Assembly (NCBI GenBank): GCA_039804165.1
Contig: JBDRZZ010000010.1
Coordinates: 1,223 to 65,222, forward strand
Length of the DNA: 64,000 nucleotides
Reading direction: 5' to 3'
Source of the DNA: a candidate division WOR-3 bacterium
Lineage (GTDB): Bacteria > Hydrothermota > UBA3072
This document shows, piece by piece, positions 17,707-28,009 of the stretch. Every line of letters starts with the position of its first letter. The first letter of the stretch is position 1. The position numbers and the translations under genes were made by a program. The notes under the pieces were generated by a model that saw only the letters and a program-made list of their open reading frames with translations, ran no database searches and was not told the DNA's origin.

Positions 17707-18804
17707 TTACCTCCCTAAAAGTATTCCAATCATAGGGATAATTATAAATATAACAATTATATAAACAAATGCAAGTAATCTTCTCCTACCTGATAATGCT
17801 CCTATCTTTTTTGCAATAGTTAACGGGACTCTCCTTAAAGGATACCAAACCAAAATCCCAAAGAAATTAAAAAGAGAATGAGAAAAAGCTATTGCAACCC
17901 CATTAGAATTACCTGTGGCAAGAGCTGCTAAAATTGCAGTTACTGTTGTCCCAAGATTTGCTCCAAGAGTATAGGGATAAGCTTTCTCTATCGTTATGAT
18001 CTGTGTTCCTACAAGAGAAACCACCAAAGATGTTGTAATTGAACTCGATTGAATAAAAGCTGTAAGACAAAGTCCCAAAACCCATGCGGAAAAGTCATTC
18101 CTAAAAAGGTATTGGTCAATGAGAATTTCAAACCTCTCTGCAGAAGCTTTCCTTAAAATACTAACAAAAGACGTTATTGCAAGGATGATTACTCCTAAAG
18201 AGATAATAGCCAAAAAAATGCAATGAGTTCCAAATAAAATCATTATTCTTTCCACAATAGGAGCAACCACTAATTTTAACGGTGAAGTAAAACAAACTGT
18301 TTCTTTCCCTATAAAAAAATGAGTAAGCAATATTGAGACCCGCTCAACCGGATGGAAAAATAACTCTATTGGTAAAAAAATAATCACCGAGAGAATGTTG
18401 AAAATATCATGAACAATTGCTGCGGGGAAAGCTTTTGAAAACTCTCTTTCTATAGAAAAATGTCCAAAAGAAGCAATTGCACAAGTAATTGTCGTCCCTA
18501 TATTCGCTCCCATTATAATTGGAATGGCGTTCCGAATCGTCAAAGTTCCCGCAGAGACAAAGCCAACTGTAATGGAAGTTGTAACAGAACTGGATTGAAT
18601 TATTGCTGTTGAGAGAAGTCCGATAAAAAGACCTGTGAAAGGATTCGTTGTTGCCGTTATTAATTTCCTTGCAAAATCACTTCCAAAAGCTTTAAGAGAA
18701 GAGGTCAAAAGTTCCACTCCTAAAAAGAATAAATAAAGAAAAAAAATAGAAAAAATTAAATGAAAAAGAACCTTATATTTCGACTTGTAAACTTTGTGTA
18801 ACAA
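17707..18804 (-). CDS. Na+/phosphate cotransporter (NptA / Na_Pi_cotrans family)
   Basis: Duplicated QSSS(V/I)TTS signature motifs in two membrane repeats. Confidence 0.8.
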   Translation of the reverse strand: MLHKVYKSKYKVLFHLIFSIFFLYLFFLGVELLTSSLKAFGSDFARKLITATTNPFTGLFIGLLSTAIIQSSSVTTSITVGFVSAGTLTIRNAIPIIMGANIGTTITCAIASFGHFSIEREFSKAFPAAIVHDIFNILSVIIFLPIELFFHPVERVSILLTHFFIGKETVCFTSPLKLVVAPIVERIMILFGTHCIFLAIISLGVIILAITSFVSILRKASAERFEILIDQYLFRNDFSAWVLGLCLTAFIQSSSITTSLVVSLVGTQIITIEKAYPYTLGANLGTTVTAILAALATGNSNGVAIAFSHSLFNFFGILVWYPLRRVPLTIAKKIGALSGRRRLLAFVYIIVIFIIIPMIGILLGR

Positions 18805-18971
18805 TTAGTAACTCCTCTCCTTAATTTTCCATTAAGCTTTCATTACAAAAATATAAAATTTACTCATTTTGTCAATTCAAAAATTACACTTGCGAAATTC
18901 ATTATCTTTATTAAAATTGTCTGACTTCCTTCTTAGAGAAAAAATATATATAAATTTAGTAGGAGGAATTT

Positions 18972-20360
18972 ATGCCAAAGAAAAAAAGGATTATAAGCCC
19001 AATTTCAATCCTACTTAAACCTGAAATAAAGGACTTGATCAAGGAAGAAGACTGGAATACCTTGAAAGAAGTTTTGCCAGAGTGGGAACCAGTAGATATA
19101 GCAGAGTTAATAAGAGAGCTTGAAGATAAAGAAAGATTAATTCTATTCCGGTTACTTCCTCCAAAATTACAATCTGAAGTTTTTGCTGAATTTGATTCTA
19201 AGATGCAAAAGTATATTCTAAAAAATTTAACAAATGAGTATATCAAATCAATTATCACAGGATTAGACCCTGATGATAGGACCCGCCTATTTGAAGAACT
19301 TCCACCAGAAGTTACAAGAAAACTCCTTAATTTACTATCTCCTGAAGACAGAAAGGAATCCCTACAACTTCTCGGTTATCCAGAAGACAGCGTTGGAAGA
19401 TTGATGACGCCTGATTATATAGCAGTTAAGCCCAGTTGGAGCATTAAAGAAGCTATCCAACATATTAGAAATAAAGGAAAGGATGCAGAAACAATAAATA
19501 TGATATATGTTGTGGACGACGAATGGCACCTCATCGATGATATTCCAATTCGCAGATTAATCCTATCAAAATCTAACCAGAGTATTGAGTCTATTATGGA
19601 TTATCATTTCGTTTCCATAAATGCAATGGTTGACCAAGAAGAAGCAATAAAACTAATTCAAAAATACAATCTTTATTCTCTCCCTGTAACAGATTCAAAA
19701 GGACATCTCCTCGGAATTGTAACGCACGATGATATAATAGACGTCCTTAGAGAAGAGGAAACAGAGGACTTCACAAAACTCTCCGCAATTGAAGCAAAAT
19801 CAATCGGAATGGAATTCATAACAAGAATAAAAGAAGTTCCTCTGGCAAAAATGTTTAAGGTAAGAATTGTATGGCTTCTTGCTCTTTTAATTATGGATCT
19901 TATTGTTGGAGGGATTATTAAAGGATTTGAAGGAATGATTGCAAAATACGTCGTTCTTGTAACCTTCCTTCCCGTTCTCATAGATACAGCAGGAAATGCA
20001 GGCTCTCAATCGGCAACTTTGGTTATAAGAGCGTTGGCTCTTGGAACTGTAAAGATAAAAGATTGGATATATTTACTTGGTAGAGAATTACTTATAGCTG
20101 GAGCCTTAGGTGTTGCTATGGGGTTTGGCATATCTATAATGGGTTTTTTAAGAGGGGGCGGAGGGACAATCGTTAAAGTTATTGTTTTAGCAATGATTAC
20201 AAATGTCGTGGTTGGAAGTCTTATAGGGGTTTCTCTCCCATTTATTTTCACGAAATTTAGAAAAGACCCTGCGACAGCAAGCACTCCTCTTATCACCACT
20301 CTCGCAGACATATTTGGAACCGGGATCTATCTTGGAATTGCCCATTTAATATTAGGTTGA
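18972..20360 (+). CDS. mgtE: Magnesium transporter MgtE
   Basis: MgtE N-domain, CBS pair, TM domain with DTAGNAGSQSATLVIRALALG. Confidence 0.9.
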   Translation: MPKKKRIISPISILLKPEIKDLIKEEDWNTLKEVLPEWEPVDIAELIRELEDKERLILFRLLPPKLQSEVFAEFDSKMQKYILKNLTNEYIKSIITGLDPDDRTRLFEELPPEVTRKLLNLLSPEDRKESLQLLGYPEDSVGRLMTPDYIAVKPSWSIKEAIQHIRNKGKDAETINMIYVVDDEWHLIDDIPIRRLILSKSNQSIESIMDYHFVSINAMVDQEEAIKLIQKYNLYSLPVTDSKGHLLGIVTHDDIIDVLREEETEDFTKLSAIEAKSIGMEFITRIKEVPLAKMFKVRIVWLLALLIMDLIVGGIIKGFEGMIAKYVVLVTFLPVLIDTAGNAGSQSATLVIRALALGTVKIKDWIYLLGRELLIAGALGVAMGFGISIMGFLRGGGGTIVKVIVLAMITNVVVGSLIGVSLPFIFTKFRKDPATASTPLITTLADIFGTGIYLGIAHLILG

Positions 20361-21485
20361 TAAAATTCTATAAATTCTTCCCTTCCAAGTAACAGCTTTA
20401 TTCAACAAAGTAAGTCTCATAGAATTAAGAGCTATTAGTAAGGCGAATATAAGAGCAAAAGGATGCAAAAAGATGAGCCAATAGTTTATTTTAAATCTTG
20501 CGGAAAGAAAATATCTATGTAAGAGAATCAAAAAGAATTGAATGGTTGAGAAAAAGCCCAATTTAAATCTTACTATTCCCAAAACGAAAGAAAAGATAGG
20601 AAATAAATAAAGAGACAAAATAAAAGAAATAAACAAAAGAAAAGCAATAATAGAATTATTAAAAGCCCCAAAAGAATTTTTAGAAAAACCATTCCATAAA
20701 TCTTTAAAATTATCATAAAATCTTAAAGAAACTTTTTCTCTTCCATCCATAAAAACAACCTTTCCTCCATTCCTCTTTACTTCCTTAGCAAGTTCCAAAT
20801 CATCCACAATCTTATCTTTAATTTTCTCATGCCCCCCGATTTTTCTATAAAATTTAGAATTAATCAGCATAAAAGGTCCAAGGGCTATAACAACATTCGG
20901 ATTTTTTATAGAGTTCATAAGTCCTAAAGGAATAAAACTAAAAAATGCAAAATGAACAAGAGGTATAAATAATTTCTCAGATAATGTTCCCATCACCAAA
21001 TCCGGCATTATTGACAAAAGATCAGCTTTTTCCTCTATAGCGGAATTCACAGCTAAAGAAATTGAATCTTGGGAATGGACCGTATCAGCATCTGTAAAGA
21101 GTAACCACTCTCCCTTAGCATACTTAGACAAAAAATGGCAGGCAAAATTCTTCCCAGTCCAACCAGGAGGTAAAAAATCATTTGTATAAATTTTCAATTG
21201 AGGATATTTTTCCTTTATTCTTTCCAATTTCATTAAAGTATCATCCAATGAATTATCATTAAAAACCATCACCTCAAAATTGGGATAATCTTGTTCTAAA
21301 ATAGAAAGCACACATTTTTCAATATTTCCACTCTCATTCCTTGCCGGAATAAGGACAGAAACAAAAGGCATTTTTTTATTCCGCTTATTGCTTCCCTTAA
21401 AAGACTTCAGCAATCTAAGATTATTCAAAAGATTTATTAAAATAACTAATAGTAAGCCTGTTACAACAAAGTTGTAAACTCTCAT
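20352..21485 (-). CDS. Family 2 glycosyltransferase (membrane-anchored)
   Basis: VSVLIPARNE...NDNSLDDT, DAD-like motif TDADTV. Confidence 0.75.
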   Translation of the reverse strand: MRVYNFVVTGLLLVILINLLNNLRLLKSFKGSNKRNKKMPFVSVLIPARNESGNIEKCVLSILEQDYPNFEVMVFNDNSLDDTLMKLERIKEKYPQLKIYTNDFLPPGWTGKNFACHFLSKYAKGEWLLFTDADTVHSQDSISLAVNSAIEEKADLLSIMPDLVMGTLSEKLFIPLVHFAFFSFIPLGLMNSIKNPNVVIALGPFMLINSKFYRKIGGHEKIKDKIVDDLELAKEVKRNGGKVVFMDGREKVSLRFYDNFKDLWNGFSKNSFGAFNNSIIAFLLFISFILSLYLFPIFSFVLGIVRFKLGFFSTIQFFLILLHRYFLSARFKINYWLIFLHPFALIFALLIALNSMRLTLLNKAVTWKGRIYRILST

Positions 21486-22078
21486 CCTTTATCCCATCCC
21501 GATTTTTTCTTTACTTCCCTCATATGAGGTTCATCTATAAGTCTTTTTATCCCAAGAAAGGAAAGATAGCTTATTGTAAATATTATTTCTTTAAAAGAAT
21601 TCTTAAAAAGAGGCATCCACAAAATTGGTAAACTCCCAATTCCAATACTCACAGCGAAATGAAAATATCTCCTAATAGAAAACATAATTAACATAAAAGT
21701 AAGAGAAACCACCATAGGAAGAGGAAACAAAATAAGCAAAAACCCAATTGCAGTAGCCAACCCTTTACCTCCCTTAAAGCCAAGGAATATTGGAAAATCG
21801 TGGCCTAAAACTACTCCAAAACCTCCAATCACAATTGTGGTAAATGATAAATTCAAAGACAAGCATAAAATTGCTACTATAACTCCTTTCAATGCATCTA
21901 AGATCCCAACAATTATCCCATAAGGCTTTCCCACAGTGTGTAAAACATTTCTCGCCCCCACATTTCCTTCCCCTGCATATCTAATATCAATTCCCTTTAC
22001 AAGTTTTCCTGTTATAAAGGCAAAAGGAACACTCCCTATCAAATAGGAACTTAAAAAAACAAAAATATTTCCTATCAT
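21482..22078 (-). CDS. plsY: Glycerol-3-phosphate acyltransferase PlsY
   Basis: GEGNVGARNV motif, polytopic ~200 aa. Confidence 0.85.
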   Translation of the reverse strand: MIGNIFVFLSSYLIGSVPFAFITGKLVKGIDIRYAGEGNVGARNVLHTVGKPYGIIVGILDALKGVIVAILCLSLNLSFTTIVIGGFGVVLGHDFPIFLGFKGGKGLATAIGFLLILFPLPMVVSLTFMLIMFSIRRYFHFAVSIGIGSLPILWMPLFKNSFKEIIFTISYLSFLGIKRLIDEPHMREVKKKSGWDKG

Positions 22079-22123
22079 CTTTTGGTTAAATTAATAATAA
22101 ATTTAATTTTGTCAACAAGTTTC

Positions 22124-22151
22124 TTGACAAAAATACAATAATTTATATATT
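22124..22151 (+). promoter_or_regulatory. Sigma70-like promoter candidate for tkt: TTGACA-N16-TATATT, with inverted repeat TTGTCAA-N8-TTGACAA overlapping the -35
   Basis: Hexamers read directly; AGGAG RBS at 22198-22202 precedes ATG 22210. Confidence 0.4.
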
Positions 22152-22209
22152 TTCATACAAAAACGGAAGGGTATTTACTAAAGGGAACCAAAATAAAAAG
22201 GAGAAAAAA

Positions 22210-24138
22210 ATGAGTAATAATTTAAAAAATTGGTTTAAAGAAAGAGAAGAATACAGATTCAAGAGCAAAAAGATTTCTAAAGAAGTGCTATCAAAATTAG
22301 AAGAAATAGCTCATTTATGCAGAGGCGACATCCTGAAAATGACCACAGTTGCAGGTTCAGGACATCCTGGAGGATCACTTTCTTCAATTGATATCTTTAC
22401 AACAGTATATAGCCTTGCAGATCTAACAAAAGATGAAGTTGTAGTAAGTCACGGACACACCTCTCCCGGAGTATATGCAATTCTTGGGAGGCTTGGAATT
22501 CTTGATATAGAAGAGGTAATAACTTTCTTTAGACATATTTCAGGCCCTTACGAAGGACACGTAGAATCCCATCTTCCAGGAATAGTTTGGTCTACTGGTA
22601 ACTTAGGACAAGGACTTTCTGCAGCCTGTGGATTTGCTCTTGCAAAAAAACTAAAAGGAGATTCTTCGAGGGTCTTTGCCCTTATGAGCGACGCAGAACA
22701 AGCAAAAGGACAAGTAGCTGAAGCAAGAAGATTCGCCTCCAAGTTTAAATGTAACAATATAACTGTCGTTATTGATTATAACAATAGACAAATCTCAGGT
22801 AAAGTAGAAGATATAATGCCTATCAATATAAAAGAGGACTACCTCGCAGATGGATGGAAAGTTCTCGAAGTATGTGGCCATGATATTAGAGAATTATATG
22901 AAGCAATCCATAATGCAATAAACGATGAGTCTAAGCCTTATGCAATAATTGCAAATACTATAATGTGTAAAGGGGTTCCTTTCATAGAGGGAGATGAAAG
23001 CTATCATGGAAAAGCTCTTTCTAAAGAAGAATTGGATAAGGCCCTTAAAGTTTTAGGGATAGAAAACGATATAGAAAAATATATTCAGAAAAGGAATTCT
23101 ACAACTGCAAAACCCATAAAAAAGAACAATAATGTCTATCCCCTCCCAAAGTTGAACTTAGGAAAGCCTATAGAATATAAAGTTGGAGAAAAAGTCGCAA
23201 ATAGAGATGCTTATGGTAATGCTTTAGCAGACCTTGCAAAAATAAATGAGCCGGGGACAATTGTAGTAACAGATTGCGATTTGGCAAGCTCTGTTAAAAC
23301 AGATAAATTTGCAAAGATTCATCCTGATTATTTCATTCAGAATGGAGTTAGTGAACATAACACTGCTACAATTTCTGGGGTCCTCTCTATAAGAGGGTTC
23401 CAAACCTTTTATTCTGATTTTGGAGTTTTCTCTTTTGATGAAACCTATAATCAACATAGATTAAATGCAATAAACAATACAAAACTCAGGATTGTGTCCA
23501 CTCATAATGGTCTTAATGTTGGAGAGGATGGAAAAACTCATCAATGCATAGATTATATTGGGTTAATAAAAAATATTCCCGGATTCTCAATCATTATTCC
23601 CGCAGATGCGAACCAGACTGACAGGGTAATTCGGTATATAACAAAAATGGAAACTAATGTTGCAGTTGTTGTAGGAAGAGAAAAAAGCCCTATAATAGAA
23701 GATGAAAATGGAAAAGCTTTTTTTGGGGGGGACTATCAATTTGAATATGGTAAAATTGATAGAGTAAGAGAAGGAAAAGACGGAATAATTCTTTCTTATG
23801 GATACACATTATTTCTTGCTCTACAAGCGAGAAAAATACTTCAAGAAAAAGGCTTTGAACTCGCAATCTGGAACGTTTCTTGTCCACTTGCAATTAGAAA
23901 AGAAGATGTTAAAAAAATTACTGAGTACAAAAATGTTTTCACTTATGAAGAACACTTAATAAATAGTGGGTTAGGTTGTATTTTGGGAAACCTTATGGCA
24001 AAAAGTGGAACTTCTGTTAACTTCCATAGCTATGGAGTTTTAGACTTCTCTCCTTCTGGAAGTGCAGAAGACCTATTCAAAGCCTTAGAATTATCTCCAG
24101 AAGCAATTGCAGAGAAAATCGAAAAAGCGTTAAAATGA
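22210..24138 (+). CDS. tkt: Transketolase
   Basis: ThDP-binding N-domain, THNGLNVGEDGKTHQ pyrimidine-domain motif, C-terminal domain. Confidence 0.85.
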   Translation: MSNNLKNWFKEREEYRFKSKKISKEVLSKLEEIAHLCRGDILKMTTVAGSGHPGGSLSSIDIFTTVYSLADLTKDEVVVSHGHTSPGVYAILGRLGILDIEEVITFFRHISGPYEGHVESHLPGIVWSTGNLGQGLSAACGFALAKKLKGDSSRVFALMSDAEQAKGQVAEARRFASKFKCNNITVVIDYNNRQISGKVEDIMPINIKEDYLADGWKVLEVCGHDIRELYEAIHNAINDESKPYAIIANTIMCKGVPFIEGDESYHGKALSKEELDKALKVLGIENDIEKYIQKRNSTTAKPIKKNNNVYPLPKLNLGKPIEYKVGEKVANRDAYGNALADLAKINEPGTIVVTDCDLASSVKTDKFAKIHPDYFIQNGVSEHNTATISGVLSIRGFQTFYSDFGVFSFDETYNQHRLNAINNTKLRIVSTHNGLNVGEDGKTHQCIDYIGLIKNIPGFSIIIPADANQTDRVIRYITKMETNVAVVVGREKSPIIEDENGKAFFGGDYQFEYGKIDRVREGKDGIILSYGYTLFLALQARKILQEKGFELAIWNVSCPLAIRKEDVKKITEYKNVFTYEEHLINSGLGCILGNLMAKSGTSVNFHSYGVLDFSPSGSAEDLFKALELSPEAIAEKIEKALK

Positions 24139-24196
24139 ATTATTCCCCCTCTTGACTTTTTATCTTTTCCTTTTATACTTTCCTAAGGAGGCATAA

Positions 24197-24781
24197 ATGA
24201 GAAATTTATTAATAACACTTTTAATTATCTCGATATTAGGCTGTGCTTCTAAGGGAGAAACGAAATTAGGAGAAATAGAAATTCCAAGTTGGTATCTAAC
24301 TACAGAAAGTGATCCAAATTATATATTAGGAAAGGCTACAGCTACTTCAGAAGATTTGCAACTCGCAATAGATAAAGCAAAACATGATGCAAGACTTGAT
24401 ATAGCAGAAAACCTTGAATCTCACATTATGGGTTTGATTAAGAAATTTGACGAAGAAGTTGGAAAAACGGAAGATGCAGAATTATTATCTCAGTTCACTA
24501 AAGTTTCGAAAAATGTCGTTGATCAGACCCTTATAGGGACAAAAGAACGCAAAGTAAAAATTGCGAAAGAAGGAACCGGTTATAGAGCCTTCGTCTTAAT
24601 GGAACTTCCAATAGGAAAAGCGAAAGAGGAACTTCTGAAGCAACTATATTCAAGCGAAAATACCAATTTATATACTCGTTTTAGAGCTTCTCAGTCATTC
24701 CAAGAACTAAAAGAAGAAATTGAAAAACTCAGAGAATATAAAAAAGAAGAGGAAGAAGGCTTAAAGGAGCTAAATAAATAA
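24197..24781 (+). CDS. Lipoprotein of unknown function (LPP20-like guess)
   Basis: Lipobox ILGCAS, ~190 aa, charged coiled-coil C-terminus. Confidence 0.4.
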   Translation: MRNLLITLLIISILGCASKGETKLGEIEIPSWYLTTESDPNYILGKATATSEDLQLAIDKAKHDARLDIAENLESHIMGLIKKFDEEVGKTEDAELLSQFTKVSKNVVDQTLIGTKERKVKIAKEGTGYRAFVLMELPIGKAKEELLKQLYSSENTNLYTRFRASQSFQELKEEIEKLREYKKEEEEGLKELNK

Positions 24782-24815
24782 CCAAAATATTTTTTTACCT
24801 CCTTAAATTTACAAA

Positions 24816-24850
24816 CCCTACAGTGTTAAATAACACTGTAGGGTTTTATT
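24816..24850 (+). terminator. Rho-independent terminator: perfect 13-bp stem CCCTACAGTGTTA/TAACACTGTAGGG followed by TTTTATT
   Basis: Stem-loop and U-tract read directly, 35 nt after the lipoprotein stop. Confidence 0.7.
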
Positions 24851-24903
24851 AAAAAATTGATTAACCCCTTGCAAAATTTGATTTTTAGAATAAATTTATA
24901 TAA

Positions 24904-25515
24904 ATGATATTTGACATAAAAAAGGCAAAAAACTATCATTTATTTAGAATAACACTCTTTATGACCTTCTTAATCCCTGTTCAATTTCTACTCTCTATGA
25001 AAGAAACAAGATGGCGTAAAGAATATGAAGAGTTACGGCAAGAAGCTCTTTTATATGCTCGTTCTTGTGGTGTAGAAGGAGACAGCAAAATAATAAAAAG
25101 AGCGTATGATTACTCTGTACGTTTCTGGATGAGATGGCCAGTGGTCCTTAGATGGATTCAAACCGAGAGTGATTTTATCCCAACTGCTAAGAGCAAAGCC
25201 AACGCTAAAGGGCTTACCCAAGTCTTAGAAGAAACAGCGAGTTATATTGGAGAAGTGCTTCTTTTCTCGGGTTCAGTTGGTTTAACCTTAGAAGAAGAAA
25301 AAAGGTTAAACGAAAGAAAGTATAACCTATACGAAATAGAGGACAATCTTCTTTTAGGATTTTCTTATCTAAAGTTCCTTTCAATATTTTCAAGTAATCC
25401 AGAAGAAGCTCTGGCAAGATACCTTGCGGGTAAAAAATGGGTTGATTTCTTAGATTCAAGGTATGTCCAGAGAATCTCGGATGGGAAACCAATAATTAGA
25501 GATACAACCTTATAA
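24904..25515 (+). CDS. Lytic transglycosylase (SLT domain) protein
   Basis: IQTESDF...AKSKANAKGLTQV matches the ES...GLMQ catalytic-Glu signature. Confidence 0.6.
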   Translation: MIFDIKKAKNYHLFRITLFMTFLIPVQFLLSMKETRWRKEYEELRQEALLYARSCGVEGDSKIIKRAYDYSVRFWMRWPVVLRWIQTESDFIPTAKSKANAKGLTQVLEETASYIGEVLLFSGSVGLTLEEEKRLNERKYNLYEIEDNLLLGFSYLKFLSIFSSNPEEALARYLAGKKWVDFLDSRYVQRISDGKPIIRDTTL

Positions 25516-26094
25516 AATCTTCAAAATAATCTCCATAGCTACACCTGTAATTAAAGGAAGAGCAAAGTTATCATCTATTCCAAAAGGAAAAAACTCTACA
25601 AGAGAAGCAACAATTGAGCCTAAAAAGAGAACCAACTTATTCGGATGAGGTAAAAAGATAGAAACAAATAAACAAACAACAAAACATGCAACACTACCTT
25701 CTACTGTCTTTTCAGAGTCAAGGCGTATCTTCCCCCATTTTACCCCAATAATATGAGCTAAAGTATCTCCAAAAGATAAAAAAAGTAAAACAGCAATGGC
25801 AATCCATTTATCGAAAAAATAAATAGATAAAAATGCACCTGCAACATAATGAGTTCCAGCCGTTAAAGTCTTTTTCTCTTTTTCCCACAACAATTTTCCA
25901 AAATAACGATTAAAAATTTTATTTAACTTCTTAACCTCTAATCTTAAGAAATCTACCAAAAGCGTTATAAAACTCACAATGGCAAGTGCAACAATCATCT
26001 TAAACCGAGGAACAAAAATATAACATATTGGAAATAAAGCTGTTCCTATATGTAATAACTTCCTTAAAATAACAAATTTTGTCAATGTTTTCAT
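25510..26094 (-). CDS. CTP-dependent polyprenol/diacylglycerol kinase-like membrane protein (phosphatidate cytidylyltransferase/CdsA superfamily)
   Basis: Polytopic; SFGDTLAHIIGVKWGK resembles the CdsA/dolichol-kinase C-terminal motif. Confidence 0.45.
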   Translation of the reverse strand: MKTLTKFVILRKLLHIGTALFPICYIFVPRFKMIVALAIVSFITLLVDFLRLEVKKLNKIFNRYFGKLLWEKEKKTLTAGTHYVAGAFLSIYFFDKWIAIAVLLFLSFGDTLAHIIGVKWGKIRLDSEKTVEGSVACFVVCLFVSIFLPHPNKLVLFLGSIVASLVEFFPFGIDDNFALPLITGVAMEIILKIL

Positions 26095-26287
26095 AAAAAA
26101 AAGTTATAGAAATAACCTTTTAAGTCAAGATAGAACCTTTCATTCGATGGAGGTAAAAAATGTAAATTTATCCCCCAACAAGTTAAGAAAACATTTTTAC
26201 CTTTAGTATAAATATATTCTTTGAAATTGACAAAGATAGGATTTCATATAATATATTTATATATAAATAAAGAGGAGGCGAAATAAA

Positions 26288-27838
26288 ATGAAGACGAAAT
26301 GTATTCTATTAATCTTATTTACTTTTTTTAACTTATTAGGTAAAAAAATGCCACTTGTTTATGATATTGAAAATACAGGGATGGATTGCCCTTTACCGGA
26401 TTTTCTTTCTTTTAGTGAATTACCAACAATAAAAACTTTACCCGACCCATTTATATGGGCTGATAGTAACAAAGGTCGAATTAAAAGCTGTGACGATTGG
26501 CGATGTCGCCGTGCAGAAATTAGTGCTTTAATTCAACACTATGAACTTGGAACCAAACCAGAGCCTCCAACTAACTTAAAAGCAAGTTTCTCTGATACAA
26601 TTGTAAAATTGCCTCCTATATTTGAAGGTGGAGATTCTATAACTTTGTCAGGTAAAATCCTCGCAATAACCATTGTCGAAAACGAAGATACATTCAGGTT
26701 GTATGCTCCTATAAGTCTCCCTGAAGGAGAAGGCCCTTTTCCTGCTGTAATTGGTGTAGGGTGGTCTCCCACTGGAAGCCTTCCATCAGATCTCTTTATA
26801 ACTCGTGGGATTGCAACAATCCATTATATGGATTGGCAAGTAGCTAATGCTTGGTCTAACAAGCGTGGTGATGGAGCATTCTTTAAGCTTTATCCGGATC
26901 CTAAAAGAGGTAAATTTATCGCCTTTGCCTGGGGTGTAAGTAGAATTATAGATGGCTTAGAAATGTGCCCTCAGGCCAAAATCGACCTCTCCCATTTAGC
27001 TGTAACAGGGTGTTCCTACGCAGGAAAGATTGCGCTTTTTTCTGGGGCATTTGATGAGCGAATCGCTCTCACAATTGCACAAGAACCTGGAGGAGGAGGA
27101 GATGCAGCATGGCGAGTAACAGAAACATTACCAGGTAATAGAGAAACTCTAAAAAACGCTCAAGGTTTTGCCTGGTATAGCCAAGATCTTTCTCAATTCA
27201 ACTATGCAGTTACAAAATTACCTTTTGATCATCATGAAGTAATGGCACTGGTAGCACCACGTGCACTTTTAATAATTGGCAACCCGGATATGGAGTGGCT
27301 TGCAGAAGAATCTGGACATGTGGCGTGTAAGGCTGCTCATGAAGTCTGGAAAGCTCTTGGAGTGCCTGACAGGTTTGGATTTTCTAAAGTCGGTCACAGT
27401 GACCACTGCGTCCTTCCAGACATTCAGAGGCCAGAAGTAATAGCCTTCATAGAAAAATTTCTCCTTGGTGATACTACAATAAACACCAATGTGGAGATTA
27501 GCCCATACAATCCTGATCTTTCTAAATGGATTACCTGGGAGACACCAAAGTTAAAAGAACCACTTTCTTTTACAGGAGATTTCTATTTAGATCAAAACCA
27601 CCCTAATCCATTCAATTCCATTACCACCATAGAATATTATTTAAAAGAAGAAGCTAATGTTGAAATTTCTATCTATGATATTATGGGCAAGAAAATCACA
27701 ACTGTATTAAATAAAAGACAATGCGCAGGCAAACAAACTCTCATTTTTAATGGCTCTGATTTACCAAGTGGTATTTATATTTATACACTTAAAGTTGGCA
27801 AAACACTTAAGAGTAAAAAAATGGTGTTATTACGATAG
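26288..27838 (+). CDS. CE15-family glucuronoyl esterase-like protein with T9SS C-terminal sorting domain
   Basis: VTGCSYAGKIALFSGAFDERIALTIAQEPGGGGDAAWR aligns with the CE15 GCSRxG...RIALTIPQESGxGG catalytic Ser/His region; CTD DQNHPNPFNSITTIEYYL...GIYIYTLKVG. Confidence 0.7.
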   Translation: MKTKCILLILFTFFNLLGKKMPLVYDIENTGMDCPLPDFLSFSELPTIKTLPDPFIWADSNKGRIKSCDDWRCRRAEISALIQHYELGTKPEPPTNLKASFSDTIVKLPPIFEGGDSITLSGKILAITIVENEDTFRLYAPISLPEGEGPFPAVIGVGWSPTGSLPSDLFITRGIATIHYMDWQVANAWSNKRGDGAFFKLYPDPKRGKFIAFAWGVSRIIDGLEMCPQAKIDLSHLAVTGCSYAGKIALFSGAFDERIALTIAQEPGGGGDAAWRVTETLPGNRETLKNAQGFAWYSQDLSQFNYAVTKLPFDHHEVMALVAPRALLIIGNPDMEWLAEESGHVACKAAHEVWKALGVPDRFGFSKVGHSDHCVLPDIQRPEVIAFIEKFLLGDTTINTNVEISPYNPDLSKWITWETPKLKEPLSFTGDFYLDQNHPNPFNSITTIEYYLKEEANVEISIYDIMGKKITTVLNKRQCAGKQTLIFNGSDLPSGIYIYTLKVGKTLKSKKMVLLR

Positions 27839-28009
27839 CTGAAAATAAAAAACGAAAGAGTATTTAACGGATTCTTAATTGTAAAAATTAAAATTTTTCT
27901 CAAATTCTTTATCTTTATAATTAGCAACCTATTTGTTATTTGTATTTTAGTAGAATGGAGGGAATTAGACATAGTTCTTTTCTATTATCTTACAATAAAA
28001 ATAGACCTT

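Noticed and set aside
18805-18971. Possible M-box (Mg2+) riboswitch upstream of mgtE
   Set aside because: The intergenic region is only 167 nt and AT-rich with no recognisable M-box conserved helices or GGTGAGG/CTCC-type pairings. Only Rfam scanning could fully exclude it.
26227-26252. TTGACA...TATAAT promoter for the CE15 gene
   Set aside because: The perfect hexamers are separated by only 14 nt; alternative spacings give poor -10 boxes. Possible but too uncertain to list as a feature.
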